NCBI GenBank assembly: GCA_050173015.1
Contig: JBFXLE010000005.1
Location: 64,001 to 128,000, forward strand
DNA length: 64,000 nt
Reading direction: 5' to 3'
Origin: Calditrichaceae bacterium
Lineage (GTDB): Bacteria > Calditrichota > Calditrichia > Calditrichales > JBFXGD01
Part shown: positions 1-10,312 of the stretch, piece by piece
How the letters are laid out: each line of letters opens with the position of its first letter
Numbering within the stretch: position 1 is the stretch's first letter
The notes under the pieces: generated by a model
The model's input: the letters and a program-made list of their open reading frames with translations, nothing else
Told to the model about the DNA's origin: nothing
Database searches by the model: none
Position numbers and translations under genes: made by a program

Positions 1-831
1 ATATTTTGAAGACGACATTCCCGCGAGATGCTGAATCGCTCCGGAAATACCAACGGCGACATAGAGGCTGGGGGACACTGTTTTTCCCGTTTGTCCGACC
101 TGCTCGTCATGAGGACGCCAGCCCGCGTCAACCGCCGCGCGTGACGCGCCGTTAGCGGCTCCAAGCAAGGATGCCAGGTCTTCAATCAGGTGCCAGTTCT
201 CGGGGCCTTTCATTCCGCGTCCGCCGGATACGATAATATCCGCTTCGGTTACATCGAGTTTACCTTTTGCCCCGGATATCATTTCCTTTACAACTGTTTT
301 AAAATCCGTTGTCGCGGTTTCTTTGGTTTCCACCTGCGCGGTTGCCGGATTTTCAGCGGCGGAATAAACATTCGGGCGAACGGTAACCACTTTGTACTTC
401 GACGTCAATTTTATCGTGGCTCTTACTTTCCCGGCATACATCGGACGAATAATCTTTAGATCGTCTCCATCGACTTCGACCTGTGTGCTGTCAGTTGCCA
501 TGGCCGCGTTAAGTCTCGCGGCCACTCTCGGCGCGAGATCTTTTCCGGTAGCCGTTGCTCCCATCAGCAAAACATCCGCGCCCTGGTTTTCAACCGCTTC
601 GGCAAGAATTTTTGCGTATCCGTCAGCGCTATAACTTGCGAGTTTTTCATTTTTATAAAACACCACTTTTTCCGCGCCATATTTTCCAAGCTGCTCTTCC
701 AGTCCCTTCACTTCGGAACCGATTACCGCCACTTCGAAAGGTTGGCCCAGTTTTTTTGCCAGGGTAACATTTTCAAAAGCTATTTTTCTCAGCTCATTAT
801 CTCTATGTTCAGCGAACACCAAAATTTTCAT
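1..831 (-). CDS. etfA: Electron transfer flavoprotein subunit alpha (3' end runs off the window; not in the ORF track)
   Basis: Manual translation from ATG at 831 (RBS GAGAAAGG) gives MKILVFAEHRDNELRK...IIVSGGRG...ASRAAVDAGW...QVGQTGKTVSP.LYVAVGISGAIQHLAGM, the EtfA FAD-binding signatures; follows etfB. Confidence 0.95.
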   Translation of the reverse strand, partial: MKILVFAEHRDNELRKIAFENVTLAKKLGQPFEVAVIGSEVKGLEEQLGKYGAEKVVFYKNEKLASYSADGYAKILAEAVENQGADVLLMGATATGKDLAPRVAARLNAAMATDSTQVEVDGDDLKIIRPMYAGKVRATIKLTSKYKVVTVRPNVYSAAENPATAQVETKETATTDFKTVVKEMISGAKGKLDVTEADIIVSGGRGMKGPENWHLIEDLASLLGAANGASRAAVDAGWRPHDEQVGQTGKTVSPSLYVAVGISGAIQHLAGMSSSKY

Positions 832-897
832 TGTACATTTCCTTTCTCGATCAGATTAATCATTTTTCGGTTTTTCAGACAATTACAACCGGTTGAA

Positions 898-1647
898 TCA
901 GATTACTTTCGCTTCTTCATGGAGAAGTTTCAGCAATTCAGGAACCGCATCCGCGTCTTTTCCCACAATTTTTCCGGGATTTTTTGCGGGTGGATAATTA
1001 AATTCAATGATTTGTAATTGGTCTTCCGAAATCTGTGCATCTATCTGCTCAATCTGAATCTTTTTGGCGGCCATAATACCCTTCAATGATGCATAGCGTG
1101 GCTCGTTCAATCCTCGCTGCGCGGCAAGAATCGCCGGCATTTTAGTTTCGATCACTTCGTGGGCGCCGTCAATCTCGCGTTCAGCAACCACGGTATCTCC
1201 GTTTATGTCCAGTTTGATTACAACGGTTACCGCGGGAAGATCAAGTTTTTCCGCCAGCAGTGAAGCCATTTGGGAATGATCATCATCGATCGCCTGTTTT
1301 CCAAGCAGGATTAGATCATAATTACCCTGTTTAAGCACACCGGCCAGCGCGTCCGCGATGACAGCCGGGTCATTTGGATTCGCCTCCGCCTTTATGTGAA
1401 TCGCTTTGTTGGCTCCCATGGCAAGAGCGCTCCTGATGGCCTGGGTTATCCGGTCCGGACCCAGAGAAATCACAGTAACATCTCCACCGTTTTTTTCTTT
1501 TAACTTTAGTGCTTCTTCAACCGCGAATTCATCATAAGGGTTGAGAATAAACTGAATATCATCCTCGATTACCTTTTTCTTGTCTTCACTTAATTTGATG
1601 CGGGTTTCCGTATCAGGTACTTGTTTTACACATACAGCTATATTCAC
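898..1647 (-). CDS. etfB: Electron transfer flavoprotein subunit beta
   Basis: VCVKQVPD, NPYDEFAVEEAL, GKQAIDDD and NEPRYASLKGIM motifs. Confidence 0.97.
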   Translation of the reverse strand: MNIAVCVKQVPDTETRIKLSEDKKKVIEDDIQFILNPYDEFAVEEALKLKEKNGGDVTVISLGPDRITQAIRSALAMGANKAIHIKAEANPNDPAVIADALAGVLKQGNYDLILLGKQAIDDDHSQMASLLAEKLDLPAVTVVIKLDINGDTVVAEREIDGAHEVIETKMPAILAAQRGLNEPRYASLKGIMAAKKIQIEQIDAQISEDQLQIIEFNYPPAKNPGKIVGKDADAVPELLKLLHEEAKVI

Positions 1648-1700
1648 ATCTGCCTCCCTTTTATACGGTTTTATAATTAATTATTTAATATTGTTGTACT

Positions 1701-3437
1701 CTATTGTGTCGTAAATGGATACTGTTTTTCCTCAATGATGAAATCCGATATCTCTTTTAAATCATGATCATCATTTTTATCGACCATCAGAAGATTCCTG
1801 CGCACCCTGCGCCACGCCTGTTCGCAAAACGCGTTACAAAGCTGGATTTCCTTTTGACACTTTTCGGCGCCTTTTTCATTGATCAGTGAATCTACTCTCG
1901 ATATGGTTGCGATCATTCCATACAGATCAATTATCGCGTCAGCAAGTCTGTGTTGAATCATTTCTCTGTAAATAATTTCCTTACCGTGCTGCATCAAAAC
2001 CCGTTCAGTGGTGATGTACAGGTTTTTCGCCCAGTCTTCAAACTGATTTTTTGAATGGCTGAGAGAAGAATGAACATCATGGATCCGTTCTTTTGAAATA
2101 CGCCCTTTTACCCAGTGGGTGGCGTAATCTGTCAATAAACCAAATCCTTTGATCGGCCCCCGAAGCGCTTTTCCGATTTTTTTGAGATATTCTCCCCGTT
2201 CCTGTACACCAGCCAAAGCAGTAAACATTCTTAATATTTCATTGGTTCCCTCAAAAATCATGTTGATGCGCATGTCTCTCATGTACTGCTGATATGGGTA
2301 TTCTTTCATATACCCCAGGCCTCCTGCCATTTGCAGGCATTCATTGACGCCTTCCCAGGCCATTTCGGTGGCTTTCACTTTACACATGGCCGATTCAAGA
2401 GAATAATCCACATCTCCTCTGTCAATTAAGGCGGTAGTCAGGTAAACCATGCTCTCGGACGCGAAAATATCGATAGCGATTTGTGATATCTTTTCCTGAA
2501 TCATTTCGAATTCAGCAAGTGTTTTTCCAAATTGTTTTCTTTGAGAAATATGATCAATCACAATTTTTAACAGTGATTTCAATCCGCCTATGGATCCGCC
2601 CGCTAATCCTAACCGGCCTGAATTTAAGACTTCCATCGCAACCTTAAATCCTTTTCCGGGCTCTCCCAAAACATTCTCAAACGGTACTTTGACATCTTCA
2701 AAATACACTTCTGCCGTTGACGATCCCTTTATACCCAGTTTTGCTTCTTCTTTTCCGGAAGAAACACCCGCCATATCACGGGTGACGATAAAGGCGCTGA
2801 TTTTATCCTTTATTTTCCCGTCTTTTCCTTCCAGCGGTTCTTTTGCAAACACTGTGAAAAAATCAGCGATACCGCCGTTGGTTATCCAAAGTTTACTGCC
2901 GTTCATGACATAATAGCCGTTCTTCTCATCCCGGACAACCCGTGTTTTAATGCCCGCGGCGTCCGAACCCGCCCCCGGTTCTGTAAGACAATAAGCCGCG
3001 ATCATTTCACCGGTGGCTAGTTTTGGCAGGTATTTTTTCTTCTGTTCATCATTTCCAAATAGCAAGAGGGCTTTCAGGCCAATCGATTGATGCGCGCCCA
3101 GAGTCAGAGCCGTGCCGCCTTCAATACCGCCGATGGTATCCAGCATTTTTACATAACCCGTGGTTGACAATCCAAATCCGTCATATTCTTCCGGAATAAT
3201 CATACCAAAGAACCCCAATTCCTTCAAACCCTGAAGCACTTCATCGGGGATTTTTGCATCTTCGTCAATTTTTGCGGCGTCAATATTATCTTCGGCAAAT
3301 TTTTTGAATGTGTCAATCATCATACTGACATTCTCAGCTTCCTCCTTATCCATTTTTGGATATGGGAAAACTAAATCTTCAAGGATTACTCCGCTGAACA
3401 ATCCTTTCGAAAAACTGGGCAAGGGTGAATCTGCCAT
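1701..3437 (-). CDS. Long-chain acyl-CoA dehydrogenase (VLCAD/ACAD9-like, with C-terminal extension)
   Basis: CLTEPGAGSD, GSKLWITNG, RKQFG and IFEGTNEILR (catalytic Glu); start set at ATG 3437 after GGAGA. Confidence 0.93.
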   Translation of the reverse strand: MADSPLPSFSKGLFSGVILEDLVFPYPKMDKEEAENVSMMIDTFKKFAEDNIDAAKIDEDAKIPDEVLQGLKELGFFGMIIPEEYDGFGLSTTGYVKMLDTIGGIEGGTALTLGAHQSIGLKALLLFGNDEQKKKYLPKLATGEMIAAYCLTEPGAGSDAAGIKTRVVRDEKNGYYVMNGSKLWITNGGIADFFTVFAKEPLEGKDGKIKDKISAFIVTRDMAGVSSGKEEAKLGIKGSSTAEVYFEDVKVPFENVLGEPGKGFKVAMEVLNSGRLGLAGGSIGGLKSLLKIVIDHISQRKQFGKTLAEFEMIQEKISQIAIDIFASESMVYLTTALIDRGDVDYSLESAMCKVKATEMAWEGVNECLQMAGGLGYMKEYPYQQYMRDMRINMIFEGTNEILRMFTALAGVQERGEYLKKIGKALRGPIKGFGLLTDYATHWVKGRISKERIHDVHSSLSHSKNQFEDWAKNLYITTERVLMQHGKEIIYREMIQHRLADAIIDLYGMIATISRVDSLINEKGAEKCQKEIQLCNAFCEQAWRRVRRNLLMVDKNDDHDLKEISDFIIEEKQYPFTTQ

Positions 3438-3483
3438 CAAATTCTCCTTTTCAAATCAGATTTGTTATTTAAAATATGATACT

Positions 3484-5619
3484 TTATTTATAAAATTTAT
3501 TTCCCGAATCTTTCAATTCAAGCAGATATTCGGACGGTTTGAATCTGATTCCGAATTGCTTCTCAAATTCTTCCAGGCTTTTAACGACATTATCAAGACC
3601 TTCACTATCGGCATATTTTAACAAACCTCCCCTGAACGGGGCAAATCCGGTACCAAAAATCATGCCCATATCAACGTCCTTCGGCCGCGACGCGATACCT
3701 TCCCTGAGACACCGCGCTGCTTCGTTGATCATCGGATAAACCATGCGTTTGATGATCAGATCGTCCGAGAGGCCGGTCTTATTTTTCACTGTGATAAAAT
3801 CCTGAATGGCCGGATCAAACTCTTTGGCTTTTCCTTTATAGCGATAAAAACCGATACCATTTTTCTTCCCGAGACGTTTTGCTCCAAGCATTTTTTCGAG
3901 AAGATCTGATTCCGCCATACGGTCACCCATATCTTTTTGCAGGATTTTTGCCACCTTATACGCCACATCAATTCCTACCTCGTCAAATAGTTCGATAGGA
4001 CCCATTGGCATTCCGAATTTTTTCATCACCCGGTCAATATGTTCTATACCGTATCCTTCTTCGAGAAGTGAAACCGCCTCCACCATGTAAGGTACCAATA
4101 ATCGGTTCACGAGAAAACCGGGGCCGTCGTTTACGACAATCGGCGTCTTGCCTGTCTTTTTTGTCAATTCAAATATAGCCGCTACAGCCTCATCCGAAGT
4201 ATGCTTACCACGTACAATTTCCACGAGGGGCATGCGATGCACCGGGTTAAAGAAGTGCATACCGACAAAGCGTTCTTTGTGCTTCAGCGCGTCGGCCATG
4301 TCATCAATTCTCAATGAGGATGTATTGCTTGCGATTATGGCATTTTCACTCACATGATTTTCCAGATCGGCAAGGACTTTCTTCTTGATCCCTAAGTCTT
4401 CCACAATGGCTTCAACGACCAGGTCGGCATTTTTAAATCCGCTGTAATCGGTGGTTCCTGAAATCCTGAGCATAATCTCACGATATTTTTCTTTGGTAAG
4501 CCGTCTTCGTTTCAGCTTGCTCTTTAAAACATCAGATGCCTGATTGTATGCTTTTGCCACCGCTTCATAATTGATATCCTTTACCCGAACATCCATATCT
4601 TTACTGGCAAACAGCTGCGCGATCCCGCCACCCATGACTCCGGCTCCAAGAACACAGGCTTTTTTCATTGGTTTAGAAGGGATTGCTTTATTATCGACAC
4701 CATTTTCCTTTTTAATTTCTTCCATCCAAAAAAAGAGCTGAACGAGATTTTTTGAAACCGGCGTGATTAGCAGATCTCCCAATGCGGTGGCCTCTATTTC
4801 AAGCGCTTCCTCCAGGGGCATTGACCGTGTCTTTTTTAAGGTATCCAATGCGCGCAGCGGGGCGGGATAATGTCCGCCTGATTTTTTTAACACCATCTTT
4901 TTCGCCTGTGAAAACATAATATTCCGGCCTATGGACGTATTTTCCAAAAATCCGTTCATCATGCCCTTTGGTTTTCTCCGGCCTGTATATTTATGTCCTT
5001 TTCCCGCAATGATCTCTTTCGCGAATTCAATCGCTTTATCTCTGACCCACTCGGCAGGTATAATCCGATCTATTAATCCTGTTTTCCATGCCCGCTTCGC
5101 GTCGAGATTTTTACCCGTCAGTATGATATCAAATGAACGCTGCAGCCCGATCAGCGCAGGCAGTCTTTGTGTCCCGCCCCAACCAGGCAAGATACCCAGA
5201 TTCACTTCGGGAAGCGCTATTTTTGTCTTTGGACTGTCTGACGCGAGGCGGTAGGTGCACGCAAGACTCAATTCTGTTCCGCCTCCCATGCATGCCCCGT
5301 GAATAACGGAAACAGTGGGGAAGGGAAGCGCCGCGAACTGGTTAAATATTTGCTGCCCCCTGCGCCCGGCTTCATAACCGTCTTTGGCATCAGTGACATC
5401 CTTTATTTCATTGATATCCGCGCCGGCAATAAAAATCCCTTCTTTCTTGCTCATTAACAGGAGACATTTTAGTTCTTTTTGATTTTTCAGCTGATTTATC
5501 TGCTCCTGAAGTTCCATCATTACCTCAGCGGAAAACTTATTTACTTTTTCTCCTTCAAGGTCGAAATTCAGGATGCCTATGGCTTCATCTATTTTTTCAA
5601 AGGTGAATGCTTTTCCCAT
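3484..5619 (-). CDS. fadJ: Multifunctional enoyl-CoA hydratase / 3-hydroxyacyl-CoA dehydrogenase (FadJ/FadB type)
   Basis: Crotonase FIAGADI, GGGTE, LPEVNLG; dehydrogenase GAGVMGGG, SNTSS, GMHFFNP. Confidence 0.93.
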   Translation of the reverse strand: MGKAFTFEKIDEAIGILNFDLEGEKVNKFSAEVMMELQEQINQLKNQKELKCLLLMSKKEGIFIAGADINEIKDVTDAKDGYEAGRRGQQIFNQFAALPFPTVSVIHGACMGGGTELSLACTYRLASDSPKTKIALPEVNLGILPGWGGTQRLPALIGLQRSFDIILTGKNLDAKRAWKTGLIDRIIPAEWVRDKAIEFAKEIIAGKGHKYTGRRKPKGMMNGFLENTSIGRNIMFSQAKKMVLKKSGGHYPAPLRALDTLKKTRSMPLEEALEIEATALGDLLITPVSKNLVQLFFWMEEIKKENGVDNKAIPSKPMKKACVLGAGVMGGGIAQLFASKDMDVRVKDINYEAVAKAYNQASDVLKSKLKRRRLTKEKYREIMLRISGTTDYSGFKNADLVVEAIVEDLGIKKKVLADLENHVSENAIIASNTSSLRIDDMADALKHKERFVGMHFFNPVHRMPLVEIVRGKHTSDEAVAAIFELTKKTGKTPIVVNDGPGFLVNRLLVPYMVEAVSLLEEGYGIEHIDRVMKKFGMPMGPIELFDEVGIDVAYKVAKILQKDMGDRMAESDLLEKMLGAKRLGKKNGIGFYRYKGKAKEFDPAIQDFITVKNKTGLSDDLIIKRMVYPMINEAARCLREGIASRPKDVDMGMIFGTGFAPFRGGLLKYADSEGLDNVVKSLEEFEKQFGIRFKPSEYLLELKDSGNKFYK

Positions 5620-5684
5620 TTTTTATTCCATTTTTAATATTCGGTAAAAGTCATCATTAATTACATCGGTACATCACTAATTCT

Positions 5685-6971
5685 CTAAACACGTTCCACT
5701 ATAAATGCCGCTCCCTGGCCACCACCAACACATAATGTCGCCAAACCAAGTTCAAGATCACTGCGATGCAATTCCTTTAACAAAGTAAGAAGCAATCTGC
5801 TGGCGGATGACCCTACCGGGTGACCCAAAGCTATGGCGCCTCCATTGACGTTCAGTATATTTTCATCAATCGCGCCCAGCGCCTTATCGAGTCCGAGATA
5901 TTTCTTGCTTAACGCATCCGATTCAAAAATCCGCATATTAGCGATCACCTGCGCGGCAAACGCTTCGTTCATTTCAATTCGCTGTATATTTTTCATTGTA
6001 ATGCCGGTTTTTTCCAAAGCGAGTTTTGTACTGTACGCCGGCCCAAGCCCCATCCTTGCGGGATCCAATCCCGCGAACGCGAATCCCTTAATCCTGCCGA
6101 GCGGTTTATAGCCAAGCTCAATTGCCCGGTCTTCGGACATGATCATGAGCATGGCGGCCCCATCGGTTATTTGGCTTGCGTTACCCGCGGTTACGGTACC
6201 ATTATGTCTGTCAAAAACCGGTTTTAGTTTGGCCAGCGCTTCCATTGATTGCCCGTTACGAATACCATTGTCTTTATCAGCTACTTTCTCGTATTTTGGA
6301 GGTATGGCAACCGGCATAATTTCCTGCTGCAGAATACCTTCTGCAGTGGCCTTCTCCGCTTTATTATGGCTTTTCATGGAAAACAGATCCTGTTCTTCCC
6401 GGGTAATCTTAAACTCACGCGAAAGAATCTCCGCCGTTTCTCCCATATTCAACCCGCAAAACCCATCTGTCAGGCCTAATTGCAGACCGATTATCGGTGT
6501 AAGAAATTTAAATTTGAATTGAAGCATGGTTGAAAGTTTCTGTCCGCCGCTTTTGGCCTTAAACAAGTTGGTCATCCATTTCGTGGCCGCTTCATTCCAA
6601 AGCAGGGGAATATTTGACATACTTTCAACGCCCCCGGTGAGATAAACATCACCGTCTCCCATCTGGATCCGGTACCAGGCATCGGCGACAGCCTGCATGC
6701 CGCTTGAGCAATTTCGCTGGACCGAAAAGGCTGGGATACTCTGTGGAAGCCCCGCAAGCAGAGCAATGTTACGTGCTATGTTCGTTGCCTCCGGAGGCTG
6801 AGCGACGTTTCCTACGATCACTTCATTAATTAATCCCGGCTCCAAATCCATTTTCTCAATCAATTCTTTCATCACAATCGCGCCGAGTTCGTGAGCAGGT
6901 AAACTCTTGAATTCGGTTCCCATCTTTAAATAGGGTGTCCGAAGGCCGTCCACGATAACCACGTTTTTCAT
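5685..6971 (-). CDS. fadI: 3-ketoacyl-CoA thiolase (FadI/FadA type)
   Basis: NCSSGM, NEAFA, GHPVG, LCVGGGQG; start moved to ATG 6971 (RBS GGAGAG). Confidence 0.92.
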   Translation of the reverse strand: MKNVVIVDGLRTPYLKMGTEFKSLPAHELGAIVMKELIEKMDLEPGLINEVIVGNVAQPPEATNIARNIALLAGLPQSIPAFSVQRNCSSGMQAVADAWYRIQMGDGDVYLTGGVESMSNIPLLWNEAATKWMTNLFKAKSGGQKLSTMLQFKFKFLTPIIGLQLGLTDGFCGLNMGETAEILSREFKITREEQDLFSMKSHNKAEKATAEGILQQEIMPVAIPPKYEKVADKDNGIRNGQSMEALAKLKPVFDRHNGTVTAGNASQITDGAAMLMIMSEDRAIELGYKPLGRIKGFAFAGLDPARMGLGPAYSTKLALEKTGITMKNIQRIEMNEAFAAQVIANMRIFESDALSKKYLGLDKALGAIDENILNVNGGAIALGHPVGSSASRLLLTLLKELHRSDLELGLATLCVGGGQGAAFIVERV

Positions 6972-7017
6972 ATGCTCTCCTGATTTATTATTACCAAACG
7001 GCAAAACCGTTAACATT

Positions 7018-7620
7018 TTATTTCTTTAATAAACCATCTATAATAATTGCGGTGACATGCTGACACGCCTGCTTAAGCGTATATTTAGTGTCCGCGCCAA
7101 GGATCCACTGCCTCGCCACTTCATCAATAGCGCCAAAAATCATAATTTTGACAATATCAGTATTAATATCATCCCGAAAAAAATCCTGCTTCTTCCCTTC
7201 ATCAATAATTCCGGCGATAATATTCAGATAATCCAAAAATTTCTGATTACGATAGTCTTTTAGAAATTTGCTGGATTGTCGCAGTTCAACTTGTATGACT
7301 TCTGAGAGATTTTCGTCCGCAACGATTAATTCAAAATATAATTCGAAGAAATATGATAGTTTCTCGATTGGATCTTTTTTAATCCGGAGATGGGTATTGA
7401 AGTGTTTTAAAATCTGCTCCATTTTGCTTTCAAAGAGCGATATAAGAAGATCATCTTTATTTTTGAAGTAGAGATAAATTGTACCATCGGCGATTCCTGC
7501 CGCCTTAGCGACATCGGTGACTTTTGAGTTGTAAAATCCTTTTTCCGCGAAAACCTTAACCGCCGCTTCAATTATCGCCTCCTTCTTCTGCCGGCGATGA
7601 TTAAGACGTAAACTTTCCAT
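7018..7620 (-). CDS. fadR: TetR-family fatty-acid degradation regulator (Bacillus FadR/YsiA-like)
   Basis: HTH VTDVAKAAGIADGTIYLYFKNKDDLL and VIQVELRQS; heads the beta-oxidation operon; ATG 7620 preceded by AAGGAA. Confidence 0.85.
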   Translation of the reverse strand: MESLRLNHRRQKKEAIIEAAVKVFAEKGFYNSKVTDVAKAAGIADGTIYLYFKNKDDLLISLFESKMEQILKHFNTHLRIKKDPIEKLSYFFELYFELIVADENLSEVIQVELRQSSKFLKDYRNQKFLDYLNIIAGIIDEGKKQDFFRDDINTDIVKIMIFGAIDEVARQWILGADTKYTLKQACQHVTAIIIDGLLKK

Positions 7621-7638
7621 TATTCCTTTTCCAAAATA

Positions 7639-7656
7639 TGAATGAATGTTCATTCA
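7639..7656. promoter_or_regulatory. FadR operator palindrome TGAATGAATGTTCATTCA
   Basis: Perfect 7-bp arms TGAATGA/TCATTCA, one mismatch to the B. subtilis FadR box TGAATGAnTAnTCATTCA; abuts the -10 of a minus-strand TTGATT-N16-TATATT promoter (7656-7683). Confidence 0.85.
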
Positions 7657-7770
7657 ATATAATGAATTAATTTCGTAAATCAAACAGAAAGTATTGGTTA
7701 TAACGGGCAGGTAATTTCACATCCCGCATCCAAACCCAATTTCTTATTGTGTGACCGACACAAACATATG

Positions 7771-8604
7771 CTATCTCAGCAAATCTTCAAGCTCAACGGA
7801 TTTTGATGTTTTTTCATCTTTGTATTTGACAATGACCGGCGTATAAAGAGACAGCCCCTGCTCTCTTCCCCAACCCTTATTAATCGGTCTGCTTCCGGGA
7901 ACCACAACCGCGTTTTCCGGAATTTCAAGCGGCTTGTCTCCTTCCTTGCGGTACACCTTTTCATGAACAAGATCATACACCGGTGTGCCGCCCGTGATAA
8001 CAACGCCCGCGGCAATCACCGCTCCCCTTCGGACCAGAGCGCCTTCATAGATTCCGCAGTTGCCTCCCACCAGCACATCGTCCTCAATGATGACGGGCAG
8101 AGCGCCGATTGGCTCCAGAACGCCTCCTATTTGGGTACCCGCGCTTAAATGAACGCGCTCTCCGATCTGCGCGCATGATCCGACCAGCGCGTGTGAATCG
8201 ATCATAGTTTCCGATCCGACATAGGCGCCAACATTAACGTACATAGGAGGCATGCAAACAACACCCGGACTCACATAGCAGCCATCCCGTATAGATGACC
8301 CGCCCGGAACCAAACGCACACCGTCTGTTATTTTGATCTTTTTTAGAGGGTATGTGCTTTTGTCATAAAAGACAAATTTATCGTTTATTGATGTATCCTG
8401 TAATTTACCAATCCGGAATCCCAGCAGAATTCCTTTTTTTACCCAATCATTTACAACCCAGTTTCCATTCTTTTTTTCCGCTATGCGAATGCTCCCCTGA
8501 TTCAACGCGTCTTTAAATTCGGCAAACGCGCTGAAATAGTCATGCCCGTAATCTTGCTGAGCCGGCTGGGCATAAAGTTTTTCTATGCGATCCCTTAAAT
8601 TCAT
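7771..8604 (-). CDS. dapD: Tetrahydrodipicolinate N-succinyltransferase
   Basis: WVKKGILLGF, YVNVGAYV, VGSCAQIG, IGGVLEP hexapeptide repeats. Confidence 0.95.
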   Translation of the reverse strand: MNLRDRIEKLYAQPAQQDYGHDYFSAFAEFKDALNQGSIRIAEKKNGNWVVNDWVKKGILLGFRIGKLQDTSINDKFVFYDKSTYPLKKIKITDGVRLVPGGSSIRDGCYVSPGVVCMPPMYVNVGAYVGSETMIDSHALVGSCAQIGERVHLSAGTQIGGVLEPIGALPVIIEDDVLVGGNCGIYEGALVRRGAVIAAGVVITGGTPVYDLVHEKVYRKEGDKPLEIPENAVVVPGSRPINKGWGREQGLSLYTPVIVKYKDEKTSKSVELEDLLR

Positions 8605-8618
8605 TCTTTCTCCGCCAT

Positions 8619-9509
8619 CTAAATTACATTTAATTTTCTTAATTCATTCTCAAGTAATTTTTTATTGGATTCATTCATCTTAACGAGCGGCAGGCGGTAT
8701 ATCTCATCCATCATTCCCATCATCGCCAGTCCGGCCTTAACCGGCGTCGGATTCGTTTCAATAAAATTAAGTGTCATCAAATTAAACAATTCTTTCTGAA
8801 TTTCTCTCGCCCCCGAATAATCACCTTTGAGGCAGAGATTGGTCATTTTTGTCATTTTTCCCGGTACCTGATTGGAAACGACAGAGATAAGTCCCACACC
8901 GCCAAGAGAAATGATGGGAATAGTGGTCGCGTCATCACCTGAAAGTATTTTAAAATTTTCCGGAATCTTTGCCGCAAGTTCAGCAATCTGCCCAATATTT
9001 CCAGAAGCTTCTTTGATACCAATGATATTATCAATGCCGCTTAATCTGACGGCGGTATCCGGCAGAATGTTCGTGGAAGTTCTTCCGGGCACATTATATA
9101 CGATAATCGGGCTGCTTACGGCCGACGCGATAGCTTTATAGTGCTGATACAACCCTTCCTGTGTGGGTTTGTTGTAATATGGGGTCACGGAAAGCAACCC
9201 GTCAACACCCAATTTGGCAACTTCCTTTGCCATTTCGATTACCTTCGCTGTATTGTTTCCCCCGGCTCCGGCAATTACCGGAACTTTGCCGGCCGCTTGC
9301 TTAACAACCGTTTCAACCACCTGTAAATGTTCTTCCAGGGTAAAAGTAGCGCTTTCACCGGTTGTACCGCAGGGGACCAGAAAATCAATACCGCCGCGAA
9401 TCTGATAATCAACCAGTTTTCGCAATGCATCAAAGTCAATCTGACCATCATACTTAAAAGGCGTGACCAGTGCGGTGCCACATCCCTTAAGATCTTTAAG
9501 TGCTTTCAT
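8619..9509 (-). CDS. dapA: 4-hydroxy-tetrahydrodipicolinate synthase
   Basis: GTTGES, PYYNKP, YNVPGRT, GIKEASG. Confidence 0.97.
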   Translation of the reverse strand: MKALKDLKGCGTALVTPFKYDGQIDFDALRKLVDYQIRGGIDFLVPCGTTGESATFTLEEHLQVVETVVKQAAGKVPVIAGAGGNNTAKVIEMAKEVAKLGVDGLLSVTPYYNKPTQEGLYQHYKAIASAVSSPIIVYNVPGRTSTNILPDTAVRLSGIDNIIGIKEASGNIGQIAELAAKIPENFKILSGDDATTIPIISLGGVGLISVVSNQVPGKMTKMTNLCLKGDYSGAREIQKELFNLMTLNFIETNPTPVKAGLAMMGMMDEIYRLPLVKMNESNKKLLENELRKLNVI

Positions 9510-9592
9510 TTCATTCTCCCTGTTTAAACCGCGCGTTATATGGTTACTCTAATTATTCTGATTTAATTACAATGATATCTGATATTTTTTAG

Positions 9593-10312
9593 TTACTCTA
9601 CCGAGCCGAGAATTGAATCAAGAACATCGGGGAACTCATAAAATCCGGTTTTATCCTTTAGCCACTTAGCCGCCAGAATCGCTCCCTCCGCAAATCCAAC
9701 GCGGCCGCGCGCTATGTGTTCGAGACGAACGGAATCTACAATCGAATCAAAATTTACCGAGTGGGTTCCCGGAATATAGCCGCTTCTGACGCTACTGACA
9801 GGAATATCAACGCCCGGATAGCTCTTACTAATCAGTTTCTTTATAACCAGCGCCGTACCCGAAGGAGCGTCTTTTTTCATTTTATGATGCGCCTCCTCGA
9901 TATATGGATCATAGTTTTGAAAAGCGGAAAAAAGACGCGCGGCATATTCGCTCACCCTAAAAAACAAATTGACGCCCAGCGAAAAATTTGATCCGTAAAT
10001 GACTCCAATACCACCGGATTTAACTAAATCTCTGACAACCTGCTCCCGGTCAAGCCATCCGGTTGTACCGATAACCAGATTTTTTTTCATATCAGCCGCC
10101 AGCTTGACATTTTCAATCACTGCCGAGGGAACCGAGAAATCAATCAATACATCTGTATTTTGAAGCATTTCCCTGGTTTTTTTATCATTTTTTAGCGGAT
10201 TGAATTCATCAAAAACGGCATCAATTTTTATATGCTGCTCTTCAGCAAGGGTTTCGATCATCTTTCCCATTTTTCCGTAACCAAGCAGCGCGATATTCAA
10301 ATTCTTTTTCAT
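9593..10312 (-). CDS. dapB: 4-hydroxy-tetrahydrodipicolinate reductase
   Basis: GYGKMG, GTTG, EAHHKMKKDAPSGTA. Confidence 0.95.
   Translation of the reverse strand: MKKNLNIALLGYGKMGKMIETLAEEQHIKIDAVFDEFNPLKNDKKTREMLQNTDVLIDFSVPSAVIENVKLAADMKKNLVIGTTGWLDREQVVRDLVKSGGIGVIYGSNFSLGVNLFFRVSEYAARLFSAFQNYDPYIEEAHHKMKKDAPSGTALVIKKLISKSYPGVDIPVSSVRSGYIPGTHSVNFDSIVDSVRLEHIARGRVGFAEGAILAAKWLKDKTGFYEFPDVLDSILGSVE

Noticed and set aside
190-1017. Four short plus-strand ORFs (190-459, 392-634, 555-767, 742-1017)
   Set aside because: Antisense shadows of etfA/etfB; the same applies to the many short ORFs lying inside or opposite longer genes throughout the track
7621-7653. ORF-track N-terminal extension of the TetR gene
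   Set aside because: Runs through the operator palindrome; a good RBS precedes ATG 7620
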